Below, one piece after another: positions 9,263 to 19,745 of a stretch of 64,000 nucleotides of DNA; positions within the stretch are counted from its first letter, which is position 1; every line of letters starts with the position of its first letter. Location of the stretch: IMG/VR virus record IMGVR_UViG_3300042400_001601; one strand, 5' to 3'. The notes beneath the pieces are model-generated. The model ran no database searches and was not told the origin of the DNA. It saw only the letters and a program-made list of their open reading frames with translations. Origin of the DNA: an uncultured virus (IMG/VR IMGVR_UViG_3300042400_001601). Its lineage: Duplodnaviria; Heunggongvirae; Uroviricota; Caudoviricetes. Made by a program: the position numbers and the translations under genes.

Positions 9263-11083
9263 TTATGCTGTTGGTAATGCACTAGCCGGGCCTCCAGCTG
9301 GTTGCGGGCCAGCTGCTGGTGCACCAGCTTCAGCACCACCTGCAGGAGCGCCTCCTTCAGGGGCACCAGCTTCAGGTCCCGGGGTGCCACCAGACGGGCC
9401 TGGTCCGAATGAAGGTATACCCCCGCCGCCGCCCGGCATAGCAGGTGCACCACCGCCACCAGGAGCTGCTCCGCCACCAGCAGTTAAGCCCTCTCGCCAG
9501 TTCGGTCCAGCATTAGTAATTTGATTAAGTTCAAATACAAATGCAGCATCTTTCTTCTGCCACTCTCTATTAGCTTTAACTTCTTCGTCAGTCCAGCCCA
9601 TGAACTTTTTCAATGCGTAAGTCTTAGATACTGCTTCAGTACCAGTTAAATCAGAGAAAGATTTAAACTTAAGCTCTTCAATTTGAGCCTCTCTTGCTAC
9701 ATGGAAATAAGAAGGAGGGTTAAGTGTAATACTAACATCTGACTCTCTAAGTTTATATTGATCCCAAAGGCCTTTTAACTTTAAATGTGTAATGAAGGTT
9801 TCTTTGATAGTTGAAGCAAACTGACGCTGTAATCTAATAATAAGCTTAGCAAATTTAAGTTCTTCTCTAAGAATTTCTGCACCATCAGCAAATTTAGTTT
9901 CAGGATTAAGACGGCTTGTAGGTACTCTTAATGCTTTATAGAGTTTGTTAACAAAATAGTTAAGATCATCTAGCTGACCTAAATTTTGGCCTCCCGCTAA
10001 AGTGGTTACATCGGTGCCGGAGCCATCTGGGCGTTTAGCAAACCAATAACTATCTAACATGCTCTGCGGGTCGTAAACATTAATAGAATTACCTTGTGTA
10101 GAATCATATGTTCTACGAGACCAGTAGGACTGCATTAAGCGTTTAATATAAGCTTCTGCCTTAGGGGCAGGCATATTACCTACGTCTACTTTAAATACTA
10201 AACGCTCTGGCGCTCTTACTAAACGATAAACAACAATACTATCTTCAATAAGAGAAAGTTGCTTATATGCTCTACGAGCTATTTCTATATAAGGAAGACG
10301 AATAGTTTTGTGCTCATTCCAGGTGCCAGAATGAAAATAAGTTACTTGATGGCGGTCTAAAGGTATAAGTTCTTGTTTAGCGGTGTAACGATTATTTGTA
10401 GAAGTGTCAATTACAGGTTTACGTAGCATAAACCCCTTTATTAACATGTTTTGTACGTTATCGTAAATAGGGTTAATGTGCTCAGTGGGAATTTGAACTA
10501 CCCCAATAACACCTGCGTCTTTTTTCTTCTCATTAATTACATTCTCAAAAAAGAGCTCAGCATCTATCAATATAGCTCTAAAATATTCAAATCCCTTATT
10601 TTCGAGATTAAACATTTCTACAATCTGACTAAAATTTTTCTGTAATTCTTTTACAATAATTTCATCTTTGCTATCTGCAACTTTTAAATTAGCGTACTTA
10701 CCTCTTTCGTCTTTTACTAGCATTTCATCGCAAATTTCATCTAGAGCAGCACTAATTTCTGCATAAGAAGCCATAATACGATAATCCGCTAGTCTTTTTG
10801 GTTTATCGGTATCAATTAAAGCGTAAAGAAAATCATGATAGGATTTATTAATAACAATACCATCTAAAGTAGGTATGTTAACGTTATTTTTGTCGTGAGA
10901 TGTTGAAACTGCTTGGTTATAAAGCTTTTCTTTAGCAGAAGAACTTACCTGATAGAAGGTTTCAAATTTAGGGTTAAGACTTTTAATATCCGTAATAACC
11001 TGTGTATTACTTGTATAAGGAAGCTTACTTACAAAGCTATCAAAAGCTTTAGTAAAAAAATTAGGTTTTACGTCGTCGGCCAT
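9263..11083 (-). CDS. gp20: Portal protein
   Basis: LIEDSIVVYRLVRAPERLVFKVDVGNMP, LYKALRVPTSRL, REELKFAK; Gly/Pro/Ala-rich C-terminal tail. Confidence 0.97.
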   Translation of the reverse strand: MADDVKPNFFTKAFDSFVSKLPYTSNTQVITDIKSLNPKFETFYQVSSSAKEKLYNQAVSTSHDKNNVNIPTLDGIVINKSYHDFLYALIDTDKPKRLADYRIMASYAEISAALDEICDEMLVKDERGKYANLKVADSKDEIIVKELQKNFSQIVEMFNLENKGFEYFRAILIDAELFFENVINEKKKDAGVIGVVQIPTEHINPIYDNVQNMLIKGFMLRKPVIDTSTNNRYTAKQELIPLDRHQVTYFHSGTWNEHKTIRLPYIEIARRAYKQLSLIEDSIVVYRLVRAPERLVFKVDVGNMPAPKAEAYIKRLMQSYWSRRTYDSTQGNSINVYDPQSMLDSYWFAKRPDGSGTDVTTLAGGQNLGQLDDLNYFVNKLYKALRVPTSRLNPETKFADGAEILREELKFAKLIIRLQRQFASTIKETFITHLKLKGLWDQYKLRESDVSITLNPPSYFHVAREAQIEELKFKSFSDLTGTEAVSKTYALKKFMGWTDEEVKANREWQKKDAAFVFELNQITNAGPNWREGLTAGGGAAPGGGGAPAMPGGGGGIPSFGPGPSGGTPGPEAGAPEGGAPAGGAEAGAPAAGPQPAGGPASALPTA

Positions 11084-11174
11084 TTAGAATATTTACAATT
11101 ACGTTCTTATTATAAACTATATTTTTAATATTACCAATTCTTAATTGCTAATTTAATTTATGTTATGTTTATTG

Positions 11175-12017
11175 TTAAGTAGTGGTAGGGGTAGGGGTTG
11201 TGGTAGAGGTAGGCGATGGGGTAGGGGTTAAGGTTGTAGTAGTACTAGGGGTTGGAGTGGTAGTCGGTGTTGTAGTATTAGTAGGTGTTACTGTAGGTGT
11301 TGGGGTAGGGGATGGAGACGGAAAAAACCATTTATTAATTAAGTACTGAGAAGATTCTTGTATTTCAAGTGTTGTTAAAATTCTGTTATACACTAATACT
11401 TCAAATATATCCCCGACAAATGATCCTTTTGCAGGTAATAAACCACCAACTCCAAAATAACCTTGGTCTTTAGTAAGAGAAAAATTCCCTGTAAGAGTTG
11501 AATTAGTATAAAACTCTCCTGAATTAGCTGAAGTGAAAGTAGAGCTTATAACATAAGGCTTATCCAGCTCCATTGCGCTAGTAGATTGAGTAGTTACTGT
11601 TCCGCCATAAGTACCCCAGTTAGTAAAGCTTAAATCATTATTATTATCAGTTATAGCTAATATTGTAGCTCCGCATCTGTTATAATTATACCATGAACTA
11701 TACAGCCCCATCCATGTATTGTTCCAAGCCGGGCCACCTCGGCGTGCGCAAATTAATACGGTTAAATTTGTATAATTAAGATAATTTAAAATATTTCTTG
11801 GTGTTAAAACCCCAGTTTTAAACCGAAAAGCCGGTTTATCATATAAAGCATCGTATTTAAGAATACAATCATACCCGTCAATACCATACCACCCTGCTGA
11901 ATCAACAGTGTCTGGTAAAAACGCACCCACTATATTTTGTCCATCAACAAACTGCCCTGAATTTTGTACATACTGGGCGTCTAATTGATTAACTAATCCT
12001 TGAGTTACTAAAGGCAT
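11175..12017 (-). CDS. LamG/concanavalin-like lectin domain protein with Pro-Thr tail
   Basis: FVGDIFEVLVYNRILT...YLINKW motif; terminal (PT)n repeat. Confidence 0.6.
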   Translation of the reverse strand: MPLVTQGLVNQLDAQYVQNSGQFVDGQNIVGAFLPDTVDSAGWYGIDGYDCILKYDALYDKPAFRFKTGVLTPRNILNYLNYTNLTVLICARRGGPAWNNTWMGLYSSWYNYNRCGATILAITDNNNDLSFTNWGTYGGTVTTQSTSAMELDKPYVISSTFTSANSGEFYTNSTLTGNFSLTKDQGYFGVGGLLPAKGSFVGDIFEVLVYNRILTTLEIQESSQYLINKWFFPSPSPTPTPTVTPTNTTTPTTTPTPSTTTTLTPTPSPTSTTTPTPTTT

Positions 12018-12020
12018 AAA

Positions 12021-13133
12021 TTAAACAACTTGTATACCCGACACATAAGGGTATTGTGTGGTAAAATTGGGGTTATATGAACCAGTTGATAATTTTGTAT
12101 AGCCAGCGTCGTTAACAACTATAATATCAAAAAAGCCTGTTGCGCTTGGAGCTTGGTAAGTTATAGTCATTTTATTATCACTAACCACGTAATAATCTAG
12201 CGCTGCTGCTACCCCTGTTAAGGCTGGGTACGAGGCTGAGAGACTAGTTGAAGCTGAAAAAGGATTAATAGTGGTTGTGTTTGCGAACATACCTGAACTA
12301 CCGCTGAGATATACATTATTAGTATGGGTGTACATATCTCCATATATCTCTACTGTACCTGATAGAGATCTTGGCGCAAACCAAGTTGAGCTATACGCTA
12401 CAACAGGAACAGCTGAAATAGTAAAAGATTCAGTTAATTCAGGATTGACTAAATAATCTATATTTTGCGGGGTAGGTGTACCCGAAACAGGGTAAAAATT
12501 TGTATCAATTTTAAATATTCTACCTACAGGGTTTGCATCATACTTAAATAGCCACCCCTTAATTGTGAAGCTTGTGTCGCAAATAACTCGAGTCGGTTGA
12601 GTGCTTTGCTGTTCAATGGGGTAAGTCATTGCAAGACTGCCACTCCATAAAACTTCTGAGCGTATTTCTAGACCCGGCATTCCATCTCTTGTCCACGAAA
12701 TAATAAAATAAGGGTCGCTATATGGAACAAAATTACTAAGAATTTGATCCATATCTGTTTGAAATCTAGTTAATATACTAACGCTAACTTCTATGTTAAC
12801 CGGGACCGGTTGTAAGTTTTTATCTGAAAAACTAGTATTATAAACAGAAGTAGTAGTATTAGTCCAATATTGCCCTTCAAGTTTATTAAAAACTCTATTA
12901 TTATCTCTACTTATAGCTGTAATCCAAAAAGAAATAGCCGGTAAGGTAATATGCTGCGCTTTGTTAACTAAATCATGCAACACTCTCTGCTTAGGGGCAT
13001 ACACATATCTAACAGCGACGTTATTACCAGCAACGCGTGCATTATCATACCGTTTTACTATAGCCCCGTCAAAGGCCTGTAAAAATTGGGTTAATAAATC
13101 CTTTACTTCCCAGTGAAATGTATACTTCTGCAC
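12021..13133 (-). CDS. gp15: Tail sheath stabilizer/terminator, T4 gp15-like
   Basis: YAPKQR, ITLPAISF, PVPVNI, DMDQILSNFVPY, FTIKGWLF. Confidence 0.85.
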   Translation of the reverse strand: MQKYTFHWEVKDLLTQFLQAFDGAIVKRYDNARVAGNNVAVRYVYAPKQRVLHDLVNKAQHITLPAISFWITAISRDNNRVFNKLEGQYWTNTTTSVYNTSFSDKNLQPVPVNIEVSVSILTRFQTDMDQILSNFVPYSDPYFIISWTRDGMPGLEIRSEVLWSGSLAMTYPIEQQSTQPTRVICDTSFTIKGWLFKYDANPVGRIFKIDTNFYPVSGTPTPQNIDYLVNPELTESFTISAVPVVAYSSTWFAPRSLSGTVEIYGDMYTHTNNVYLSGSSGMFANTTTINPFSASTSLSASYPALTGVAAALDYYVVSDNKMTITYQAPSATGFFDIIVVNDAGYTKLSTGSYNPNFTTQYPYVSGIQVV

Positions 13134-13141
13134 ATTATTAC

Positions 13142-14749
13142 TTACATTATACGGTCTAAGAAGTGTTTAGGTAAAATATGTCTATTTTCTATAATAGTTT
13201 TAGCTGAAACACCATCTAATATATAGGTTATACTTTCATCCTCTGCACTTCGTGTGCACCGACCACAAGCTTGAATAAGAGAGATAAACATTTTCATTTT
13301 ATACCATTTTGGATCTACTTCGAAGAGTTTTTTTATTCTCTTACTTGCTAAAGACGGATACGGCATCTTTATAATAACTTGCCATTTACCTAAATCCCCT
13401 TTAAGATCTAGACCCATAGTAAGAGAAGGACTTACGAGAACGGTATCGTCCTTACGAATGCCGTGTTCTTTAATAATAGTTTCGTTAGTAGTACCTTCTT
13501 CTCTGTATAAAAAGCGTTTACCCTTAAGCCTCTTTTGCACAGCTTGGGTAATATTGAAAGAATGAGTATGTATAATACCCTTCTCGCCTTTATGACTTTC
13601 AGCGATAGTGTGTGCAATTTCAACTACATTAGGTAGGTGAGTATCTAGAGTTTTGTAATTAAGAGGGTATTTGCTATGACAATAAATAGGGCTCTTCTTA
13701 GGATCAAAAGTAGAGTCAAACTCAACATACTCAAAATCTTTAATACCTAATGTTTTTGCAAAAATATTCTTATCTACTATAGTCGCGCTCATCAATACAA
13801 TAACGTCCGCGTAATCAAACAAACAATGTGTAAGAGTGTCAATTTTAAGCGGTGTAAAGATAGCTTTTTCCACGTCTTTTTCAATTATATACTGAGTTTT
13901 ATCCCAATGATCAATAATGTTAATAATTGACTCGTAAAGGTCCTTTCTAAACTGCTGTTTAATAAGTTCTATTTTATTATTTTCATATCGAGCGCGTCCT
14001 TTATGCGCTTCAATAACTTCTTTTACAGACTCAGCAAGATCAGTCAACCAACCAAGCGCTTTAGCAGGCGTTTCACTAGTTAATTTATCATATTCAATTC
14101 CATTAACAGTTAATCGCTTGTAATCAATAACAGCTGAGTAGTATTTTACTATTTCGTCTTCTAGCTCTGAACATTCGTCTGCAACAATTATTTGTCGCTT
14201 TTTAAGATGGTCAGGTAGATTAAAAAATGAAGCGTAATTTAGTACCGTGAAGTTTTCAATTAATGCGCTATTACGCGCTTCATAGTACGGACAGCAATGT
14301 TGATCCCAGCATTCTTTTTTCTGCGCTGGAGCAATCAAACACGGAGCGTGCTCTGTAGTAAAGCTAGTATCGACTTCACACTGGTAATTACTCTTACCTT
14401 TAAAAATAGAAGACTCATTAAATAAGTCTTTATACTGATTCTGCAATGCTTTAGTGGTAGTAAGAGCAAACAGCCCGTGAGACGGCAACTTCGCTATAGC
14501 TCCAGCGTAGTCTTCGTCATAAGCATGGTAATTAAATACTAGCTGCTCATAATCTTTATGACAGCAATTAGTAGTATTTGAAAGCGTCTTACTAATAAAC
14601 GACTTACCTGAACCAGTCGGTGCTTGAACTATAATAAATTTTGCGCCTTTATTGACAGCGGCTTCTATTTTTTCTAAGCCCTGTACCTGGTGGCTCCTTG
14701 GTGTAAAGCCGGCAGGAAAATACTCTATCAAAGGCTTAGTAAGTTTCAT
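13142..14749 (-). CDS. DinG/Rad3-family SF2 helicase
   Basis: QAPTGSGKS, DECS, MSAT, QACGRCTR; Cys cluster (YQC...PC...C...CPYY) for Fe-S. Confidence 0.9.
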   Translation of the reverse strand: MKLTKPLIEYFPAGFTPRSHQVQGLEKIEAAVNKGAKFIIVQAPTGSGKSFISKTLSNTTNCCHKDYEQLVFNYHAYDEDYAGAIAKLPSHGLFALTTTKALQNQYKDLFNESSIFKGKSNYQCEVDTSFTTEHAPCLIAPAQKKECWDQHCCPYYEARNSALIENFTVLNYASFFNLPDHLKKRQIIVADECSELEDEIVKYYSAVIDYKRLTVNGIEYDKLTSETPAKALGWLTDLAESVKEVIEAHKGRARYENNKIELIKQQFRKDLYESIINIIDHWDKTQYIIEKDVEKAIFTPLKIDTLTHCLFDYADVIVLMSATIVDKNIFAKTLGIKDFEYVEFDSTFDPKKSPIYCHSKYPLNYKTLDTHLPNVVEIAHTIAESHKGEKGIIHTHSFNITQAVQKRLKGKRFLYREEGTTNETIIKEHGIRKDDTVLVSPSLTMGLDLKGDLGKWQVIIKMPYPSLASKRIKKLFEVDPKWYKMKMFISLIQACGRCTRSAEDESITYILDGVSAKTIIENRHILPKHFLDRIM

Positions 14750-14777
14750 CAGCCTTACATAATAGAGTAGGTTACAA

Positions 14778-15113
14778 TTAATTCAATTTATTAATTGCAA
14801 GTACTGCGTTATAAAATTTGCTGTTTTTAATTTTCGATGTTGATTTTAAATTTACCAGTAATTCAAAATCTTGCTCAGCTAAAGTTTCAAGCCGATAATC
14901 AAAAATAATTTGATTATTTTTTTCTTCTAGAGCAAAAGGAAACGGCACTTCAAAAGTTTCTCTCTTTTTTTCAGTGTTAACAATAAAAGCAATGTAACAG
15001 CCAGACAAACGATAATTGATAAGCTTACCTTTTTTGTAGGGTTTGTTTTTTAAAGAAAATATTACATCTTTAAGAAAGTAAGGTTTAATAGCTTTATCTA
15101 AATTATCATACAT
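14778..15113 (-). CDS. Hypothetical protein
   Basis: 111 aa ORF abutting neighbours in a minus-strand run. Confidence 0.7.
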   Translation of the reverse strand: MYDNLDKAIKPYFLKDVIFSLKNKPYKKGKLINYRLSGCYIAFIVNTEKKRETFEVPFPFALEEKNNQIIFDYRLETLAEQDFELLVNLKSTSKIKNSKFYNAVLAINKLN

Positions 15114-15114
15114 A

Positions 15115-15498
15115 TTATTTGTCCATAAACTGTTGTTTATCAGTTGCAGACATCTTACTTAATACCTCACTGAAGTATTTCCAGAACTCATCCGGAGGGG
15201 TTGTCGGTATAACACTAACCACCTCTACGGATTCTGAAGGTACTAGCCTGTAATCTTGCATAAATATATCCCATGTCAGTACTAATCCTTTTTGTTGAGG
15301 ATTAAACTTAAGTCTACCTGAAGCAGGTTTAAAATTTAATGCTACTCTCCCTTCTGTACTATTTAAGAGTAAAGTATCATTAGTTGCAAGCATTCTACGG
15401 GTAGGGGGTGAGCCGGCAATAGGACGACGCCGTAGAAATCTAAGTTCTACGGCGTTTTTATTAAGTAAAGCTGTTAAAGCTGTTTGGGATACTCTCAT
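15115..15498 (-). CDS. Hypothetical protein (possibly WYL/SH3-like, DUF2693-like)
   Basis: VELRF.R...RRMLAT...WDI...YR pattern. Confidence 0.5.
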   Translation of the reverse strand: MRVSQTALTALLNKNAVELRFLRRRPIAGSPPTRRMLATNDTLLLNSTEGRVALNFKPASGRLKFNPQQKGLVLTWDIFMQDYRLVPSESVEVVSVIPTTPPDEFWKYFSEVLSKMSATDKQQFMDK

Positions 15499-15950
15499 TT
15501 AGTTTCTTCAGGCTCAGCAACACCAAAAATACGGTCTTCGTTTAAGAAGACGATATGTCTAAGATTATTTATGTTGCTAGCCTTTAGACCAAATGTGCTC
15601 GGAAAAATAACGTGCTGGCCTGGTTTAACTTTAGCACGAGGACCTGCTAAAAGCACTTTTGCAACACGCCAAGCTTGCTGAGTAACATTGATAGGTACAA
15701 AAATCCCGCCACGCATAATTTGCGTGCCATCTTCGTTAGTATCAGCAAATTGACACATTAAAATGTCGTCTAATACAGCGGTCAAGCGCCAACTAGCAAG
15801 ATTAAGATCACTACCGGTATAGTCCTCGAGTCGCACCATACCTTTAGTCAAATTAGTACCCACGTCTTCATAAGCCTGAAACGCTTTTTCGCGATCAGAC
15901 TTACTCATATCTTTTGTTGCTTTTTCTAAAGCGATTTCACTTTTTTTCAT
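15495..15950 (-). CDS. groES: GroES-like co-chaperonin (gp31-like)
   Basis: RGGIFVP, AKVLLAGP, VKPGQHVIFP, LNEDRIFG. Confidence 0.85.
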   Translation of the reverse strand: MKKSEIALEKATKDMSKSDREKAFQAYEDVGTNLTKGMVRLEDYTGSDLNLASWRLTAVLDDILMCQFADTNEDGTQIMRGGIFVPINVTQQAWRVAKVLLAGPRAKVKPGQHVIFPSTFGLKASNINNLRHIVFLNEDRIFGVAEPEETK

Positions 15951-16323
15951 TTGGTAAATTTAAATTAAATTGTTCTATATACAAACTTACCTCTCTACTG
16001 GAAATTTCAAGATTGTTAGCAACTTTTTGTATAGTTTGTTTTTGTACGGATTTACTTTCAGTATCTTTCTTCTTCTTTATGTAATTAATACGTTTAAATC
16101 TAGTTTTAGGTACAACACTATGTAGATAGTTAAACCATTCAGAATTACTCTGTAACGTAGACCAATGAACATTGCTTGTCTGGTTAAGCAATACAGTTAC
16201 TTCAGGGGAGTACATACTGCACCATCGCTGCACCAGATACGGCTGAAATTCAGAGTTTTCATCTAAATTAGCCGTATCTGGAGTCTTAGTTTTAAATAAA
16301 ATCTTATTTAAAAAATCAAACAT
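15937..16323 (-). CDS. gp62: Clamp loader small subunit, gp62-like
   Basis: FQPYLVQRWCSM...N...YL...VPK..F..YIKK...EVSLYI pattern. Confidence 0.7.
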   Translation of the reverse strand: MFDFLNKILFKTKTPDTANLDENSEFQPYLVQRWCSMYSPEVTVLLNQTSNVHWSTLQSNSEWFNYLHSVVPKTRFKRINYIKKKKDTESKSVQKQTIQKVANNLEISSREVSLYIEQFNLNLPNEKK

Positions 16324-16904
16324 TAAACGATAACTTTAGTGGTAGCAATAAAAATATTATCTACCATGCTATAAAACTGATGCATTACTTCATTTTGGAA
16401 TTTTACGGTCTGTTCGGGAGAGAGGTTAGTACTAAATGCAAAGGCGGGGGCCTTTTTACCTGCAAGAATGTTAATACCGGTATGACCGATAGCTACATTT
16501 TCTTTAGAATAGGTAATGCTCACAGATGCTTTGCCTTTAGTCTGATGAATACCTCCTTGATTATGATCTGCATGGATCATGATATCGTCTCCTTTCATCT
16601 CAATAGTCTTATTGATTTGCTTATAAAGAATATTAGCAATAGAAGTGTTAAACAGTCGCTGAAAGCATACAGCCCCAAAAGGATCTAGGTTAGGGATCTC
16701 CCAGCAAAAATTTACCATAGATTCGCTATAAATGTAATCTTTTTCGAGTGAATCCTCTAAGTCAATAAGATTCAAAGTAACTTCTACTGGAGCTACAAAA
16801 GAAACAATATTACCAATAGGTAGAGTCTTGTCTCTAAAATACTTGTAAGCAAAACGCTTATGAATAAAAGAACCGTCGTATATTTTTTGATCGTTAATAA
16901 TCAT
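16323..16904 (-). CDS. DUF366-family protein (biotin/lipoate ligase-like fold)
   Basis: YDGS.I...FAY, IDLED, FQRLF, GDD, KASVSI, HTGINI motifs. Confidence 0.7.
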   Translation of the reverse strand: MIINDQKIYDGSFIHKRFAYKYFRDKTLPIGNIVSFVAPVEVTLNLIDLEDSLEKDYIYSESMVNFCWEIPNLDPFGAVCFQRLFNTSIANILYKQINKTIEMKGDDIMIHADHNQGGIHQTKGKASVSITYSKENVAIGHTGINILAGKKAPAFAFSTNLSPEQTVKFQNEVMHQFYSMVDNIFIATTKVIV

Positions 16905-16919
16905 AGTGATATTATACTA

Positions 16920-17606
16920 TTAAATTAAATATTTTCCATTCTTAACTTTGTCTAAAAACCATACTTGGCCTGAAAGCCATTCATCAGTAAAAGAGCGAAG
17001 ACCGTGAGAGTTATGTACAACGTTTATGTCTACTGTACCTAATTTTAATTTTTTGCTGTTACACGTTAAGCTAAAATCTATATCGTAAAAATGAGCTACG
17101 CAAGGGTTAGATTCATCGAAAAATGCCCCGGCTTGATACACTCGCTTAGAATTAAAAGCTAGAAATAGCCCATCAAGTATAAGAACTCTTCCGTGTTTAC
17201 CAAAATAGGTAACAAATGTACCGCTGCCTCCGTCTGATACATGACTAACTTTACCTCTATGGTCTTCTTTAGAGCTCATTAGGTGCCACAGACACGGCTC
17301 AGAAATTTTTGCACTTGAAGTGCCTGCTAGACCGATTACATCATATTTTTCTAAATTGTTATTTATTTTTTCTAACCACCCCTCATCGTTTATCAAAACA
17401 TCATCATGAACAAATACAACATTATAGTCTTCGTCTTTTATCCACTCATTATATTTTTTAGGTAGAGGTTTTGTATTAGAAAATATCTTTACGCACTCTA
17501 TTTCTTTCAAACGCGGAGATTTTAAAATATGATATTTACCGTATCTCTCATTAAGTTCTTTTTCGTTCAAAACTTGAGAACAAAACACTAAAACTGTTTT
17601 TTTCAT
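16920..17606 (-). CDS. GT-A fold glycosyltransferase
   Basis: VFVHDDV, IGLAG, LDGLFLA, HFYDIDFS, VVHNSHG. Confidence 0.85.
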   Translation of the reverse strand: MKKTVLVFCSQVLNEKELNERYGKYHILKSPRLKEIECVKIFSNTKPLPKKYNEWIKDEDYNVVFVHDDVLINDEGWLEKINNNLEKYDVIGLAGTSSAKISEPCLWHLMSSKEDHRGKVSHVSDGGSGTFVTYFGKHGRVLILDGLFLAFNSKRVYQAGAFFDESNPCVAHFYDIDFSLTCNSKKLKLGTVDINVVHNSHGLRSFTDEWLSGQVWFLDKVKNGKYLI

Positions 17607-17875
17607 TAATCGGTAATAATATCGCTTTGAGGTAAATTAGAAAATTTTTCGCAAAGAAGTGCGGTAATCTTATCAGGTACAATAGGTGTGTCTTTATAAA
17701 GATAGATATTATGCAAATTGGGTTTATCGAATTTAACATTAAGACTTTCAGCTAAATTTACCATTTTAATTCTTTGAGCATCAGTATGTTCTGAGCATAC
17801 GTCGGTGCCTGCAGTAAACAGCAAAGACTCTATAATTAATTGGACTTCTTCTAAATTAAAATTAATACTCTTCAT
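17606..17875 (-). CDS. Hypothetical protein
   Basis: 89 aa ORF overlapping the next gene's start. Confidence 0.65.
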   Translation of the reverse strand: MKSINFNLEEVQLIIESLLFTAGTDVCSEHTDAQRIKMVNLAESLNVKFDKPNLHNIYLYKDTPIVPDKITALLCEKFSNLPQSDIITD

Positions 17876-17909
17876 TTCAAGAGTATTTTAAAATATAATT
17901 TTATTAAAT

Positions 17910-18308
17910 CTACTTACTTTTTTTAACCGGTGCAGGGTTAGTCACATTAACCTGATCGAGTTTTTCTAATACTTGTTGTAACAATTCATCGTGTTTATTA
18001 GATGTAAAATGTATAACAAGAGAAGTAAGACTGGATAATAAAGCAGCTACGACTACTGCTTTAAACTGCCAAGACAAATTTGTGCTCTCTAAATTAGTTT
18101 TTTTTATGTTGTCCACGCTTTCGGTTAAATCGTTTAATTGTGCAGTAAGTTTAACATCTAAATGAGATATTTCATTATGAAGAGTTGCAACCTGTTGTAT
18201 AAGACTTGGTTGACCATTACCGTCCCGTACTAATTTGCTAATAGTTTGGAGTTCACTTTTTACGTTAACTATATCTCTATTAATATAATCAATTGCTTCA
18301 TTACCCAT
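17910..18308 (-). CDS. Coiled-coil membrane protein
   Basis: Coiled coil plus hydrophobic segment AVVVAALLSSLTSLVIHF; TATAAATA just upstream. Confidence 0.6.
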   Translation of the reverse strand: MGNEAIDYINRDIVNVKSELQTISKLVRDGNGQPSLIQQVATLHNEISHLDVKLTAQLNDLTESVDNIKKTNLESTNLSWQFKAVVVAALLSSLTSLVIHFTSNKHDELLQQVLEKLDQVNVTNPAPVKKSK

Positions 18309-18316
18309 ACATATAT

Positions 18317-18973
18317 TTATAAAATAAAGTAGGGAGAATTAAAGTTATAACTCTTGATGTATTTTATTTTTGCGTCTCGTGTGTAAAGATTATTATATTT
18401 TATATTAAAAAGCATTTTTTCTTCAAGTGGCTCGCTATTTTCAAACTCTGTTGAAGAAAAGTCTCCAGTAATCCAGTTTACGAATAACGTACATGAATTA
18501 CGAACTAAATAGAGATTCTTAGTACGTGTATTAAACGCCCAAAACGCAAATGTACCTTCTAGTTTTTCGGGACCATTTTCTATACCAAACACATCTAACA
18601 TACGAGGAATAATGCAGCTATCTGTTTTTCCTGCAAAATCTTCTTCAGGATAGTGTTGTTTAGTTAATTTTTCAAAATTACTAATAATACCGTTATGAGC
18701 TACAGCCCAGTCTTTATAGAAAAAAGGGTGATTATTGTCTTCTTCAAAACCTTTAGTTTCTACAGTAGGTCCTCGCGAATGGTAAAGATAATATATTTTA
18801 GTGTAGTTATTTGAACTAAACGGCGTTTTAAAATCCCCTAAAACTTTTTTATAGGCCTGCACCCCTGTATCATCTAGTAACATAGAACCAGAGCTATAAA
18901 AGCCTCTATTAAGGTTATCTTTATAGAGTTTATACGCTCTATCTTTATCAGTTGAGCCTGCAATACCGCACAT
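18317..18973 (-). CDS. Class II (Ntn) glutamine amidotransferase
   Basis: N-terminal MCGIAG, NRG, HSRGPT, HPF, AHNGIISN, TDS. Confidence 0.9.
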   Translation of the reverse strand: MCGIAGSTDKDRAYKLYKDNLNRGFYSSGSMLLDDTGVQAYKKVLGDFKTPFSSNNYTKIYYLYHSRGPTVETKGFEEDNNHPFFYKDWAVAHNGIISNFEKLTKQHYPEEDFAGKTDSCIIPRMLDVFGIENGPEKLEGTFAFWAFNTRTKNLYLVRNSCTLFVNWITGDFSSTEFENSEPLEEKMLFNIKYNNLYTRDAKIKYIKSYNFNSPYFIL

Positions 18974-18976
18974 AAC

Positions 18977-19687
18977 TTAGTATGGCTTACAATCAAATTT
19001 ACTCCACGGTATTTCTTTTGCGTATTTAATTGGGTCTATAGTTTTATTATCTATAAAAGCTTTAATACGCGCTGCGCATGATACGCATTCCCCGCAGGCT
19101 ACTTCTTTACCTTCATAACAAGTATGGGTATGTGCAAAATTAACATTCAAATCAATACCTTCTTTTACAACTCGATCTTTAGACCACGTCATGAATGGAG
19201 CATTTACTTTAATTGTATTTTTACGGTTAAGATTATATACATCATTGACTTTGTTTAGGAACAAAGAAGTACAGTCCCAATAACCAGAAAAGTCATCCGT
19301 TTGCACAGCCCCGTAAAATAAATCATTAGCTCCAATACTTTCAGCCCAGCCCGCAGCGGTTGTTAAAAGCAAAAGATTTCTAAAAGGTACATAACTCAAA
19401 GGCTGAGCGTTACCGATATCTTCTCGAGCCTTAGGAATCTTAAGATCAGTATTAGTAAGAGCGGACATTTTGGATATCTCTCTAAAGAAATCCATATTGA
19501 TGAGTTTATGTTCAGTCACGCCTACGTTTAGAGCTTGTGTTTTTGCACAATCAACTTCTCGGATAATCCGTTGCCCGTAATTAAATGTAATAGCATACAC
19601 TTCATTGTATGCAAGTCGTTTTGTAACATGGTGTAAAAGAATAGTACTATCCATGCCACCTGAAAGGATGACGAGCGCTTTAGACAT
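18977..19687 (-). CDS. queC: 7-cyano-7-deazaguanine (preQ0) synthase
   Basis: SGGMDS, YGQR, YVPFRN, GYWDC, TCY...CGECVSC. Confidence 0.95.
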   Translation of the reverse strand: MSKALVILSGGMDSTILLHHVTKRLAYNEVYAITFNYGQRIIREVDCAKTQALNVGVTEHKLINMDFFREISKMSALTNTDLKIPKAREDIGNAQPLSYVPFRNLLLLTTAAGWAESIGANDLFYGAVQTDDFSGYWDCTSLFLNKVNDVYNLNRKNTIKVNAPFMTWSKDRVVKEGIDLNVNFAHTHTCYEGKEVACGECVSCAARIKAFIDNKTIDPIKYAKEIPWSKFDCKPY

Positions 19688-19745
19688 ATGTTTATAATAA
19701 AATATAACCTTAGAAATTCAAATGTTTTTGATAAATAATAGTATT

